DNA of 64,000 nucleotides, taken from Syntrophaceae bacterium. Its GTDB lineage: Bacteria; Desulfobacterota; BSN033; UBA1163. The DNA lies in assembly GCA_013388635.1 (NCBI GenBank), contig JACAEX010000080.1, forward strand, positions 5,803-69,802, read 5' to 3'. Position numbers and translations under genes: made by a program. Of the stretch, positions 1 to 8,888 are shown one piece after another. Position 1 is the first letter of the stretch. Every line of letters begins with the position of its first letter. Below the pieces are notes generated by a model, which saw nothing but the letters and a program-made list of their open reading frames with translations, did no database searches and was not told where the DNA came from.

Positions 1-1
1 A

Positions 2-505
2 ATCGATTCGATCGAGCATGGCTATTTTATTACCGATCGGGAGATCGATCTCCTGATCAAGAGGGATCGATGGCTCATTTTAACACCGAGCCCCTATCTT
101 ATGGAGGAACGATTGGAGGCCTTGCCCCTTGAGATGGCTGAGGCTTTCAGACGCGGTCAGCAGGAGGCCGGGGAACGCATGGCCGCTGCGATCAAGGGAG
201 GCGTGAAGTTTGCGGTGGGCAGCGACGCAATCCATGGCCGGCTCGCCCAGGAGATGGAATACCTTGTCAAATTAGGGGCTACGGAGAGGCAGGCGATCAT
301 CGCTGGGACCCGGGATGGAGCCAGGGTCTGCGGTCTTGAACAAGACATCGGAACCCTTGAACCCGGCAGGATCGCTGACATCCTGGCGATTGAGGGCAAC
401 CCATTGAGCGATATCCAGGCGCTTCAGAAGGTCAAAGCTGTGATCTGCAGGGGAAAGCTTTCTTATTCTCAGCAGGGGTGCAGGATGACCTCTCGGTCAA
501 AATGA
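2..505 (+). CDS. amidohydrolase-family protein, C-terminal fragment (5' end lies outside window)
   Basis: Frame is open from the window edge (IDSIEHGYFITDREIDLLIKRDRW precedes the tracked Met at 101). The C-terminal region resembles metal-dependent amidohydrolases (GSDAIHG motif). Confidence 0.5.
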   Translation: MDSIEHGYFITDREIDLLIKRDRWLILTPSPYLMEERLEALPLEMAEAFRRGQQEAGERMAAAIKGGVKFAVGSDAIHGRLAQEMEYLVKLGATERQAIIAGTRDGARVCGLEQDIGTLEPGRIADILAIEGNPLSDIQALQKVKAVICRGKLSYSQQGCRMTSRSK

Positions 506-545
506 GGGACGAGGGAGAATTTCAGGAGATCCAGAAAAAGAGGAG

Positions 546-1355
546 ATGATGGAACTGGAAATAGGCTTTACGGCCTCTCCGAAGCCGGTTGAGGAGTATT
601 TCAAATTTGCGGCTGACAACGGGTTCCCCCGTCTGGACCTGGGCTGTGAGAGCCCGGTCAATTTTCCCCAGACGTTTACAGCGCAGAGGGTCCGGAGGAT
701 CAAAAGACTGGCGGAGAAGCACGGGATCAGGTACGGGCTCCATTCCGCCTCCTTTGTCAATACGGCGGAGATCATGCCCACGGTCCGGAAGGCGTCCGAA
801 GAGCATCTGTTAGAATATATCCGGCTTTCAAAGGAGCTTTCGGCTGAGTATTGTGTGATCCATTGCGGATACCATTTCAGCCTGTTTAAGGAAGTGGTCA
901 TGGAGAACCTTTTGAGGACGTTGCGGGCCGCTGTCCGCCTGGCTGAAAAGATTCGCCTTCCGCTGGTCATCGAAAATATGAATGTGGTCCATCCCGACTG
1001 CGAAATCGTCTACCTTGGGGTGACTGTGGATGAGCTGGCCCAGGTTTTTGGAGCCATCCCCTCTCCCTATCTCGGGCTTGCACTTGATCTCGGTCATGCC
1101 AACCTGCTCCCCGGCGGAGCCGACCCATTCATCGAAACATTCCCGGATAAGATCTGCCATCTTCATATCAGCGATAATAACGGGGTACTGGACCAGCACC
1201 TCCGGGTTGGAGAGGGAAATATAAATTTTAAATCGATCTTTGGCCGACTTGAAGAAATCGGTTTTGCCGGGACCGCCACCTTAGAGGTTTCCTCTGATGA
1301 AGACCGGGTCGAAAGCCGCCGAAGACTCCTGAGCCTTTTAAACCCCGGTCAATAA
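546..1355 (+). CDS. sugar phosphate isomerase/epimerase (xylose-isomerase-like TIM barrel)
   Basis: 269-aa ORF with an RBS-like GGAG upstream. Typical AP-endonuclease-2/xylose-isomerase-like TIM-barrel motifs (HxxHxG-like CVIHCGYHF; ENM metal site VIENMN; LDLGHANL). Confidence 0.7.
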   Translation: MMELEIGFTASPKPVEEYFKFAADNGFPRLDLGCESPVNFPQTFTAQRVRRIKRLAEKHGIRYGLHSASFVNTAEIMPTVRKASEEHLLEYIRLSKELSAEYCVIHCGYHFSLFKEVVMENLLRTLRAAVRLAEKIRLPLVIENMNVVHPDCEIVYLGVTVDELAQVFGAIPSPYLGLALDLGHANLLPGGADPFIETFPDKICHLHISDNNGVLDQHLRVGEGNINFKSIFGRLEEIGFAGTATLEVSSDEDRVESRRRLLSLLNPGQ

Positions 1356-1372
1356 CCAAATCACAATTTGTA

Positions 1373-1401
1373 TTGACAGGCTTTTTCGATTTTGGTATAC
1401 A
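1373..1401 (+). promoter_or_regulatory. sigma70-like promoter (TTGACA-N17-TATACA) upstream of TRAP operon
   Basis: TTGACA at 1373-1378, a 17-nt spacer, then TGgTATACA (extended -10) at 1396-1401. It lies about 120 nt upstream of the dctP start. Confidence 0.4.
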
Positions 1402-1523
1402 AGCATGCAAAATTCAAGGAAGTTCCACTGGACGGGGTCAAAAAAATTTAGCAGCAGGGAGGGTCTTTTTTTTGTCCGGTCATCTTTTGAAGAAGGATGA
1501 CAATTCCGGAGAGGAGGAGAGAG

Positions 1524-2579
1524 ATGAAGAGAGAGTCAGAAGGATTTGCCGGGAAAGGTATTTTTGTCTTAGCCGTAATTGGTTTCATTGTCTTTGGCAT
1601 GACCTTTGGCTATGCTGCAGAACCGGCCAAGGGGAGATTTCCAAAGATGGAGATCAAGCTTGGCCATTCCGGCGTTGTGGAGATGTCCTATCATAAGGGG
1701 TGTGTCAAGTTTGCTGAGCTGATGAAGGAGCGGACGGACGGGGCTGTCACAGTCCATGTCTTCCCAGCGAACCAGCTGGGGAGCGAGAAGGACATGCTGG
1801 AGCAGGTCAAAAACGGCGTCATTCACATCTCTTTGACCGGTCCCAGCATGCTGGGTCAGTTCAAGGGCTGGGGGCCGATCGGTGTGCTCGGCATGCCCTA
1901 CGTTCTGAAGGGCAATACCGAGGATGAGCTTCGGCCCAAACTGATCAAGGTCGCACGCGGGCCCCTCATGAAGGAGCTGAATGAGCGGGCTGCGAAGGAG
2001 AGCGGGATCCGCATCCTTGACATGGGCTGGTGGTACGGGGAAAGACACCTGACCACAAAGACCAAACAGGTGAAAAAGCCTGACGACGTCAAAGGTCTGA
2101 AGATCCGGACCATGGATTCTCCCATGGCCAGGGCCGCGATGGCGGCACTGGGTGCGGCCACTGTCCCCATGCCTGTTGCAGAGCTCTACACCGCCCTTCA
2201 GCTTGGTGTGGTGGAAGGACAGGAGAATCCGCTGAACACGATCTATTCTCACAAGTTCTACGAGGTGCAGAAATACGTGGCGCTCACCGGTCATATGGCG
2301 ATGAACCTTGTCCTGGTGATCAATGATAAGTTCTACCAGAGCCTCTCCCCTGAGCTTCAGAAGATCTTTGTGAAGAGCATGGAGGATGCCGGAGACTTTG
2401 AGAGCGAGATGCAGATTGCGATGAACAAGAAGAATGCGCAGGACCTCAAGGACAAGGGAATGATCATCACGGCGGTCAACAAGGCCGAGTTCGCCGAGCG
2501 GACCAAGGACGCCTGGAAACAGTTTGAACCCGTTTTCGGAAAGGGATTCTACGAAAAGGTGGTCGAAGCTGCCAGGTAG
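1524..2579 (+). CDS. dctP: TRAP transporter substrate-binding protein DctP family
   Basis: Tracked ORF 1497..2579. The second in-frame ATG at 1524 has a GGAGGAG RBS 6-8 nt upstream. Signal-peptide-like N-terminus. DctP-family motifs are present (periplasmic SBP; FYEVQKYVALT tail typical of DctP). Confidence 0.85.
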   Translation: MKRESEGFAGKGIFVLAVIGFIVFGMTFGYAAEPAKGRFPKMEIKLGHSGVVEMSYHKGCVKFAELMKERTDGAVTVHVFPANQLGSEKDMLEQVKNGVIHISLTGPSMLGQFKGWGPIGVLGMPYVLKGNTEDELRPKLIKVARGPLMKELNERAAKESGIRILDMGWWYGERHLTTKTKQVKKPDDVKGLKIRTMDSPMARAAMAALGAATVPMPVAELYTALQLGVVEGQENPLNTIYSHKFYEVQKYVALTGHMAMNLVLVINDKFYQSLSPELQKIFVKSMEDAGDFESEMQIAMNKKNAQDLKDKGMIITAVNKAEFAERTKDAWKQFEPVFGKGFYEKVVEAAR

Positions 2580-2658
2580 GTCCTTACACGTGAAGGGGCG
2601 GGAGATGGCCGATCTTCCGTCCCTCTCTTTTTCTTCCCGATGGAGTCTGAACCCCCCC

Positions 2659-3141
2659 ATGCAGACCATCCGCTTCTTCGTGAAGTACTTTGAAGAGATC
2701 CTGTCCGGGGTCTTCATGGTTCTCATGTTTCTCGCCACCTTTGCCAATGTGCTGGCCCGATATATTTTTAACAGCCCCATCCAGTGGGCGGAAGAGTTTT
2801 CACGGTATGCCTTCATCTGGGTCGTCTTCCTGGGTGCAGTCGTCTGCAGCAAGCACAAGAGGCACATCGGGATTGACTCGTTGGTGAAGATCCTGCCCGG
2901 TCGCATCCAACCATGGGTGTATGTTGCCGCAGATCTGTTTACGCTTGCCCTGATGGTGATCATAATCTGGTATGGCTGGATACTCACCCGATCGGCCACC
3001 CAGATTACGGCGACCCTGCAGATACCACAATACGTCATCTACATCGTCGTCCCGTCCTCTGGAGTCTTGGGAATTTTTTATGGCCTGGGCGATTTCAGGC
3101 GCCATCTCAGGGAGGCCTTGGGAGAAAGGCAGGCGACCTGA
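2659..3141 (+). CDS. dctQ: TRAP transporter small permease DctQ family
   Basis: Tracked ORF 2524..3141. The likely start is the ATG at 2659 (MQTIRFFVKYFEEILSGVFMVLMFLATF...). It is about 160 aa with four hydrophobic segments. Its stop overlaps the dctM start (TGATG). Confidence 0.75.
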   Translation: MQTIRFFVKYFEEILSGVFMVLMFLATFANVLARYIFNSPIQWAEEFSRYAFIWVVFLGAVVCSKHKRHIGIDSLVKILPGRIQPWVYVAADLFTLALMVIIIWYGWILTRSATQITATLQIPQYVIYIVVPSSGVLGIFYGLGDFRRHLREALGERQAT

Positions 3142-4418
3142 TGATCTGGCTCTTCGTGATCATGCTCACGCTTTTTGTCATCAATGTGCCCATTGCGTGG
3201 TCGATGGCCATTGCGGCCACGGTCTACATGGCCTTCGGCCCCCATGTCCCGCTTCAGGGCATGGTTCAGCGGATGATCGGAGGGATCGATACCTTTCCGC
3301 TCTTGGCAATCCCCTTCTTCATCCTTGCGGGGAATTTGATGAATACCGGAGGGATCACTGATCGGCTGGTTCGGCTCGCAAGGGCTATGGTGGGGCACAT
3401 TACCGGAGGTTTGGCCCACGTGGTGGTGGTGACCAACATGATCATGGCGGGCATGTCAGGCTCAGGCGTGGCTGATGCTGCAGGCAGTGGTACGATTCTC
3501 ATCCCGGCCATGAAAAAGGCTGGCTATACCGTTCGTTTTTCTGCAGCAATCGTGGGCGCCGCCAGCACCATCGGTCCGATCATCCCCCCGAGTATTCCCT
3601 TTGTCGTCTACGGCTCGATCGCAAGCGTCTCCATCGGACGGCTTCTTTTAGGGGGGGCAGTCCCAGGGGTGCTGATGGGGATCATGCTGATGATTTTTGT
3701 TTATGTGATTGCCAAGAGGCGGAGGTATCCGAGCGAAAAACGGGCTACGTGGAAGGAGCTCGTTCATGCGGCACTCTATGCGATCCCGCCCATGGGGATG
3801 CCAGCGATCATCCTGGGCGGTATCATCTTTGGAGTGATGACGCCGACAGAGGCGGCAGCCGCTGGTGCAGCCTACGCCTTCATCCTCGGGTTCTTCATCT
3901 ACAGGGAAATCACCTTGGCTCAGATCCCAAGGATTGTCATCGAATCGGTCATGGGGACAGCCTCTATCATGATCATCATGTCCGCCGCACAGCCGTTCAG
4001 TTGGATCCTGACCTATGAGCTGGCCCCCCAGAAGGTCCTCGCCCTCTTTGAGAACGTTCAACTGGCCCAGTGGCAGATCCTATTGATCATCAATGGGGCG
4101 ATGTTCACCATTGGATGCTTTATGGAAAGCCTGTCAGTCATGATCATGGCAGTACCAGTGCTCCTTCCGCTCCTGGAGCATGCAAGAGTGAATCTCGTTC
4201 ACTTCGGGGTCTTCTTCGTCCTCAACTGCATGATCGCGGCGATCACCCCGCCTGTGGGCACTATGATGTATGTGGTCTGTTCCCTGAGCAAGACCTCGAT
4301 TGTCGAGTTTGCGATGGAAGTCTGGCCTTTCGTCATTGCACTGGTCATCGCACTGCTGATCGTGACCTATGTGCCGATTTTGTCCCTTTGGCTTCCCAAC
4401 CTGATCATTCCGGGATGA
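3141..4418 (+). CDS. dctM: TRAP transporter large permease DctM family
   Basis: Tracked ORF 2913..4418. The probable start is the ATG at 3141, overlapping the dctQ stop (MIWLFVIMLTLFVINVPIAW...). It is a polytopic membrane protein with the DctM signature spacing. Confidence 0.85.
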   Translation: MIWLFVIMLTLFVINVPIAWSMAIAATVYMAFGPHVPLQGMVQRMIGGIDTFPLLAIPFFILAGNLMNTGGITDRLVRLARAMVGHITGGLAHVVVVTNMIMAGMSGSGVADAAGSGTILIPAMKKAGYTVRFSAAIVGAASTIGPIIPPSIPFVVYGSIASVSIGRLLLGGAVPGVLMGIMLMIFVYVIAKRRRYPSEKRATWKELVHAALYAIPPMGMPAIILGGIIFGVMTPTEAAAAGAAYAFILGFFIYREITLAQIPRIVIESVMGTASIMIIMSAAQPFSWILTYELAPQKVLALFENVQLAQWQILLIINGAMFTIGCFMESLSVMIMAVPVLLPLLEHARVNLVHFGVFFVLNCMIAAITPPVGTMMYVVCSLSKTSIVEFAMEVWPFVIALVIALLIVTYVPILSLWLPNLIIPG

Positions 4419-4443
4419 AGATAAGAAAGGCCGCACCTCCCCA

Positions 4444-5178
4444 TTGAGCTGCGGACAGGAAAGGGATGTGAAAGCATCGACGATCCAAGAAAGAGCGGTT
4501 ATCGTCCCACCCAATTCGATCTCAGATCAGATCTATGAGGTTCTGAAGGAACGGATTTTGCTCGGCAAGATTGCCCCTGGAGAACGGATCATAGAGAACA
4601 GCATTGCTGAGAGTCTCAAGACAAGCAGGACGCCGGTTCGGGAGGCCTTCCAACGTCTCGTGCAGGACGGACTGGCAGAACGCGTGCCCCAGGGTGGCGT
4701 TCGGGCCACCATTATTACTCCGAGAATGGTCAGGGAGATATTTGGCATTCGAGCGGTATTGGAGGTTTATGCCGTTGAACTGGCGTGTGACCAGATTGAC
4801 GCAGAGACAATTCGTAAACTTAAGGAATTGGCCCGGCAGGCCCGAAAACTCCTCTCCTCGCCTGAGGCGAATCGTTTGGAGGAGTTGATCTCGCTTTGGA
4901 AGATCAATACTTCCTTTCATGAGACCATCTACAGGGCAACAGGGAGTGAATATCTTTTGAAATTAATAGATCAGCTGAACTGTCTGGTCAGACGTTTTCG
5001 ATTCCTCTCAATGAGAAAGACGAGGATACAGGCCTGGGATCAACATGAGCTGATCATCAGATACCTTGAGGATAGAAACAAGAGGGCCCTTGTCGAACTG
5101 ATGAAGGCCCATATCGAACACGCTGCGTCGGACACGCTCAAGGCGCTGGAAAATGATCGGTGGGAGAAGGACGTATAA
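4444..5178 (+). CDS. GntR-family transcriptional regulator (FadR/FCD C-terminal domain)
   Basis: N-terminal winged HTH (SISDQIYEVLKERILLGKIAPGERIIENSIAESLKTSRTPVREAF) plus an FCD-type all-helical C-domain. The tracked start is TTG, so the exact start is uncertain. Confidence 0.7.
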   Translation: MSCGQERDVKASTIQERAVIVPPNSISDQIYEVLKERILLGKIAPGERIIENSIAESLKTSRTPVREAFQRLVQDGLAERVPQGGVRATIITPRMVREIFGIRAVLEVYAVELACDQIDAETIRKLKELARQARKLLSSPEANRLEELISLWKINTSFHETIYRATGSEYLLKLIDQLNCLVRRFRFLSMRKTRIQAWDQHELIIRYLEDRNKRALVELMKAHIEHAASDTLKALENDRWEKDV

Positions 5179-5260
5179 TCCGGTTGATGATTTTTCGTAG
5201 AACTTTAGCTCCCCGATACCGAGCCGCTTCATCGCGCTCCTTGACAAAAACCTCAAATAT

Positions 5261-5274
5261 TGTTAACGTTAACA
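5261..5274 (+). promoter_or_regulatory. perfect 14-bp palindrome TGTTAACGTTAACA overlapping a candidate promoter of the por operon; candidate GntR operator
   Basis: TGTTAACGTTAACA is its own reverse complement and carries two GT-N-AC half-sites, as typical for GntR-family operators. A TTAACA(5269-5274)-N17-TAAAAT(5292-5297) sigma70-like promoter overlaps it. An alternative -35 TTGACA sits at 5241-5246. Confidence 0.35.
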
Positions 5275-5419
5275 CAATTAAGCTGCCTGAATAAAATATT
5301 GAGTGATATTCATGGGTTGTAATTCAACTTCTACTTGTGAAGAAATTTCATTCAGTACTTGAAAAGGTGGCCGGAATATTGTATAGTCCCTCTGTTTCTC
5401 AGGTTTAAGGAGAGTCGAG

Positions 5420-5968
5420 ATGATTGAGATTCGATTTCATGGAAGGGGTGGCCAGGGGTCGGTCACGTGTGCGGAACTGCTCGCTTTGGCAGCGATCGGA
5501 GAAGGGAAGTATGCTCAGGCCTTTCCGAGCTTTGGCCCGGAACGAAGGGGTGCTCCTGTGGTGGCCTTCTGCCGGATCAGCGATCAGCCGATCCGGATCA
5601 GGGCCAATATCTATGAGCCTGACATCGTCGTGGTCCTCGATCCAACTCTTCTGAAGATCGTCAATGTGGCTGCAGGGCTGAAACCCAATGGCATGGTGGT
5701 GACCACAAGCAAAGACAGCCCTGAGGTGGTGAAAGAGGCGTTGGGGATCAATAATCGAGTTGCCGTCGTGGATGCGATCAAGATTGCAATGGAGGTTCTC
5801 GGGGTCCCTATTACGAATACGTCGATGTTAGGATCTTTGACCCGCGCATCGAACCTCGTTCGAAAAGAGTCCTTTATCCCTCCTTTGAAGGAGCGGTTTG
5901 GCCGGATCGCTGAGAAGAATATGGCTGCCTTCGAGCGAGCCTATCAAGAGACCGTCCTCATTCAATAG
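5420..5968 (+). CDS. porG: pyruvate:ferredoxin oxidoreductase gamma subunit
   Basis: MIEIRFHGRGGQGSVTCAELLALAA... is typical of the PorC/PorG gamma subunit. RBS AAGGAGAG lies upstream. Confidence 0.85.
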   Translation: MIEIRFHGRGGQGSVTCAELLALAAIGEGKYAQAFPSFGPERRGAPVVAFCRISDQPIRIRANIYEPDIVVVLDPTLLKIVNVAAGLKPNGMVVTTSKDSPEVVKEALGINNRVAVVDAIKIAMEVLGVPITNTSMLGSLTRASNLVRKESFIPPLKERFGRIAEKNMAAFERAYQETVLIQ

Positions 5969-5993
5969 ATTTCTATCACAAGAGGTGAAAGGA

Positions 5994-6293
5994 ATGACAA
6001 AACCCGATTCGGAATGGAAGTGGAAGGAACTGCCAGAAGGAACAGTCATGCTGGAACCCGGAAACGCCGATCAATATCGGACAGGGGACTGGAAGACCCT
6101 CAAGCCGGTTCTGAATAAAGAGCTCTGTATTCATTGCGGACTGTGCTATATCTTCTGCCCGGACAGCTCCTATAATCTCGACGCAGAGGGATATTTCATC
6201 GTAAACCTTTTCTACTGCAAGGGATGTGGCATCTGTGCAAAAGAGTGTCCCACCGGAGCGATCACGATGGTGGTGGAAGAGGAGGAGAAATAA
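5994..6293 (+). CDS. porD: pyruvate:ferredoxin oxidoreductase delta subunit (2x[4Fe-4S] ferredoxin)
   Basis: The start is an internal ATG of tracked ORF 5898..6293 (MTKPDSEWKWKEL...). Two CxxCxxCxxxCP motifs are present. Its stop overlaps the porA start (TAATG). Confidence 0.85.
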   Translation: MTKPDSEWKWKELPEGTVMLEPGNADQYRTGDWKTLKPVLNKELCIHCGLCYIFCPDSSYNLDAEGYFIVNLFYCKGCGICAKECPTGAITMVVEEEEK

Positions 6294-7468
6294 TGGGAAA
6301 GAGAGTCGGAATGGAGGTTTCGATTGCCGCAGCCGAGGCAGTCAAACAGGCCAATGTGGATGTGATCTCAGCCTACCCCATTACGCCGCAGACCCACGTG
6401 GTTGAGCACCTTTCCGAATTAGTGGCGAACGGAGAGCTGGATGCGGAGTTTTTCTGCGTGGAATCGGAACACTCTGCCCTGAGCGTCTGTGTGGGAAGCG
6501 AGGCGACCGGAGCCAGGTCGTTCACGTGTACGAGTTCTCAGGGACTGGCCCTGATGAGCGAGATCACTTACATCGCCTCAGCTCTGAGACTCCCCATTGT
6601 GATGATCATTGCCAACCGGGCGCTTTCTGCGCCGATCAGCATCTGGAACGACCACAGCGATGTGATGTCGATCCGGGACTGTGGGTGGATCCAGTTTTTT
6701 GCGGAGAACGGGCAGGATGTCTACGACCACGTCTTCATCGCCTACCGATTAGCAGAGGACCGGAACGTTCTTCTCCCTGCCATTATCAATATGGATGGCT
6801 TCACCCTCAGCCATGTGATCGAACCCATCGAGTTCATCGAACAGGAGAAGATCGATCGGTTCCTGCCACCCTATCAGCCTGTTCACCGCCTCCATCCCGA
6901 TCGGCCAGTTTCGATGGGCGGGATCGCATTGCCCCCAATCTTTACGGAGACAAAGAAGGCGCACGAGGTTGCGCTTCAAGGTTCGATGCCCAAGATCTTG
7001 GAGACGTGGAAGGCCTTTGGCGATATGACGGGTCGGTATTACCAACCGGTTGAGACCTATAAGGCGGAAGATGCGGAGACCATCATGGTCATCATGGGAA
7101 GCTTTGGTGAGACCGCCTCTGCGGCAGTTGATTTGATGAGGGAAGAGGGAAGGTCGGTCGGGCTGGCGAAGATCAGGCTGTGGCGGCCCTTCCCCTTCGA
7201 GGCCTTTAAGCAGGCCACGCTCCATGCCAAGCAACTGGTGGTGATAGACCGGGCCATCTCCATCGGAGGGCCTGGCGGACCTGTGGCCTCTGAAGTGAAA
7301 GCCGCGCTCTATGGAGAGCCGATCCGTCCGGTGGTCTATAATTTTGTCGCAGGGCTCGGGGGAAGGGATGTCTCGCCTTCCGATTTTATCAAGATGGTGG
7401 ATAAGGCTGAAATTGAGATTGAGGAAGGGAACCGAGAAGGCTATGAGATTTACGGGGTGAGAGAATGA
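6293..7468 (+). CDS. porA: pyruvate:ferredoxin oxidoreductase alpha subunit
   Basis: [38 protein letters not shown]... is a PorA/VorA-type alpha subunit. The tracked ORF 6224..7468 has an upstream extension that I reject. Confidence 0.9.
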   Translation: MGKRVGMEVSIAAAEAVKQANVDVISAYPITPQTHVVEHLSELVANGELDAEFFCVESEHSALSVCVGSEATGARSFTCTSSQGLALMSEITYIASALRLPIVMIIANRALSAPISIWNDHSDVMSIRDCGWIQFFAENGQDVYDHVFIAYRLAEDRNVLLPAIINMDGFTLSHVIEPIEFIEQEKIDRFLPPYQPVHRLHPDRPVSMGGIALPPIFTETKKAHEVALQGSMPKILETWKAFGDMTGRYYQPVETYKAEDAETIMVIMGSFGETASAAVDLMREEGRSVGLAKIRLWRPFPFEAFKQATLHAKQLVVIDRAISIGGPGGPVASEVKAALYGEPIRPVVYNFVAGLGGRDVSPSDFIKMVDKAEIEIEEGNREGYEIYGVRE

Positions 7469-8403
7469 CAGAAAAGCTAAATGTTTTTGCGGTTCGAACA
7501 TTGACGCAGAAGGAATATTTTGCACCCGGCCATCGGGCGTGTCAGGGATGTGCAGAGGCACTGGCCGTGCGATTGGTTGCCAAAGCGCTGGGAAGGAATG
7601 TGATCATCGCCTCTGCTACAGGGTGCATGGAGGTCGTCTCGTCTCCTATTCCCTTTACGGCATGGAGAGTCCCATGGTTCCATGTGGCCTTTGAGAACGC
7701 CGCGGCTGTGGCCTCAGGGATTGAATCGGGTTTGAAGGTTTTGATGAGAAAGGGAAGGCTTCCGCGTAAAAAGATCGTGACCATCGCCCTGGCCGGTGAC
7801 GGAGGCACGGCAGACATCGGTCTTCAGGCCCTTTCAGGGGCCCTGGAGAGGGGCCATGACTTCATCTACATCTGCACCGATAATGAGGCCTACATGAACA
7901 CGGGAATCCAGAGATCTTCATCAACGCCTTTCGGTGCGTCGACGACCACCTCTCCCGCTGGGAAGGTGAAGATGGGTCAGATCACCTGGAAGAAGAACAT
8001 GCCTGCGATTGCAGCCGCGCACAACATCCCCTACGTGGCCACGGCCTGCCCGAGCTATCCGATCGATCTTGTCGAGAAGGTGAAGAAGGCGGCCAGCATC
8101 GAGGGGCCAGCCTATCTCCATATCCTTTCTGTCTGTCCTACGGGCTGGAGATCTGCACCCGAGCTTTCGATCAAATTGGGTCGGTTAGCTGTCGAGACAG
8201 GGATTTTCCCGCTCTACGAAGTGGAGCATGGGAAATATCACCTGAGCATCGATTTCCCTCGATTGAGGCCCATTAAAGAATACATCAGACTTCAGGGAAG
8301 GTTTCGACACCTGACCGAGGAGATGATCGGACAGATTGAGGAGCGGGTCCGAAAGGAATACGCGGAACTGAAGGAGAAGGCAGCAAAAGGAGTTGCGAGA
8401 TGA
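7465..8403 (+). CDS. porB: pyruvate:ferredoxin oxidoreductase beta subunit (TPP-binding)
   Basis: GDGG TPP-binding motif ([12 protein letters not shown]) and the cysteine cluster CQGCAE...C are present. There is an ATGA overlap with porA. Confidence 0.9.
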   Translation: MTEKLNVFAVRTLTQKEYFAPGHRACQGCAEALAVRLVAKALGRNVIIASATGCMEVVSSPIPFTAWRVPWFHVAFENAAAVASGIESGLKVLMRKGRLPRKKIVTIALAGDGGTADIGLQALSGALERGHDFIYICTDNEAYMNTGIQRSSSTPFGASTTTSPAGKVKMGQITWKKNMPAIAAAHNIPYVATACPSYPIDLVEKVKKAASIEGPAYLHILSVCPTGWRSAPELSIKLGRLAVETGIFPLYEVEHGKYHLSIDFPRLRPIKEYIRLQGRFRHLTEEMIGQIEERVRKEYAELKEKAAKGVAR

Positions 8404-8888
8404 CACAATCGGAAATCGAAGCCATCATCGAACGGTATGGAAGAAAGGAATCTTCCATCCTTTCTATTCTTCAGGACATACAGACCAGGGAGAAATACCT
8501 TCCGAGAGAAGCCCTCGAGTATGTGGGCGAGAAACTCCAGATCCCTTTAAATAAGATTTACAGGATTGCAACCTTCTACCGGGCCCTGAGCCTGATGCCT
8601 CGGGGAAGACATGAGGTCTGCGTCTGTATGGGGACGGCCTGTCATGTTCGCGGAGCACAGAGGGTTCTTGATCAACTCAAACTGGAATTGGGCATCGCGC
8701 CTGGAGAGACCACAAAGGATTTAAACTTCACCCTCGAAACGGTCAACTGCCTGGGCGTATGTGCTGCCGGACCGGTTGTGGCGATCGACGGTCAATACTT
8801 TGGAAAGATGAATCCGACCAAGGTGGAAGGGACTTTAAAGCAGTTTCGTTCTGACAAGAAGAAGGAGGCCGCGGATGGGAAGGCTTAG
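8400..8888 (+). CDS. NuoE-like [2Fe-2S] thioredoxin-fold subunit (NADH dehydrogenase 24 kDa / HydC/HoxE family)
   Basis: Cys pattern CVCMGTAC...C...C with the NuoE fold. It is translationally coupled to porB (ATGA overlap) and to the following nuoF-like gene. Confidence 0.85.
   Translation: MTQSEIEAIIERYGRKESSILSILQDIQTREKYLPREALEYVGEKLQIPLNKIYRIATFYRALSLMPRGRHEVCVCMGTACHVRGAQRVLDQLKLELGIAPGETTKDLNFTLETVNCLGVCAAGPVVAIDGQYFGKMNPTKVEGTLKQFRSDKKKEAADGKA

Noticed and set aside
1-120. High density of GATC sites at the window start
   Set aside because: - The stretch is short.
- The sites sit within coding sequence of the truncated amidohydrolase gene.
- Not clearly more than chance without a genome-wide count.
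1569-3038. 489-aa minus-strand ORF
   Set aside because: - It is antisense to the dctP/dctQ genes.
- Composition is His/Arg/Leu-rich, typical of reverse-frame translation of a GC-rich gene.
- No recognisable domain.
6749-7561. 270-aa minus-strand ORF, plus 6526..7053 plus-strand ORF
   Set aside because: - They overlap porA/porB in alternative frames.
- The por genes have clear motifs and translational coupling.
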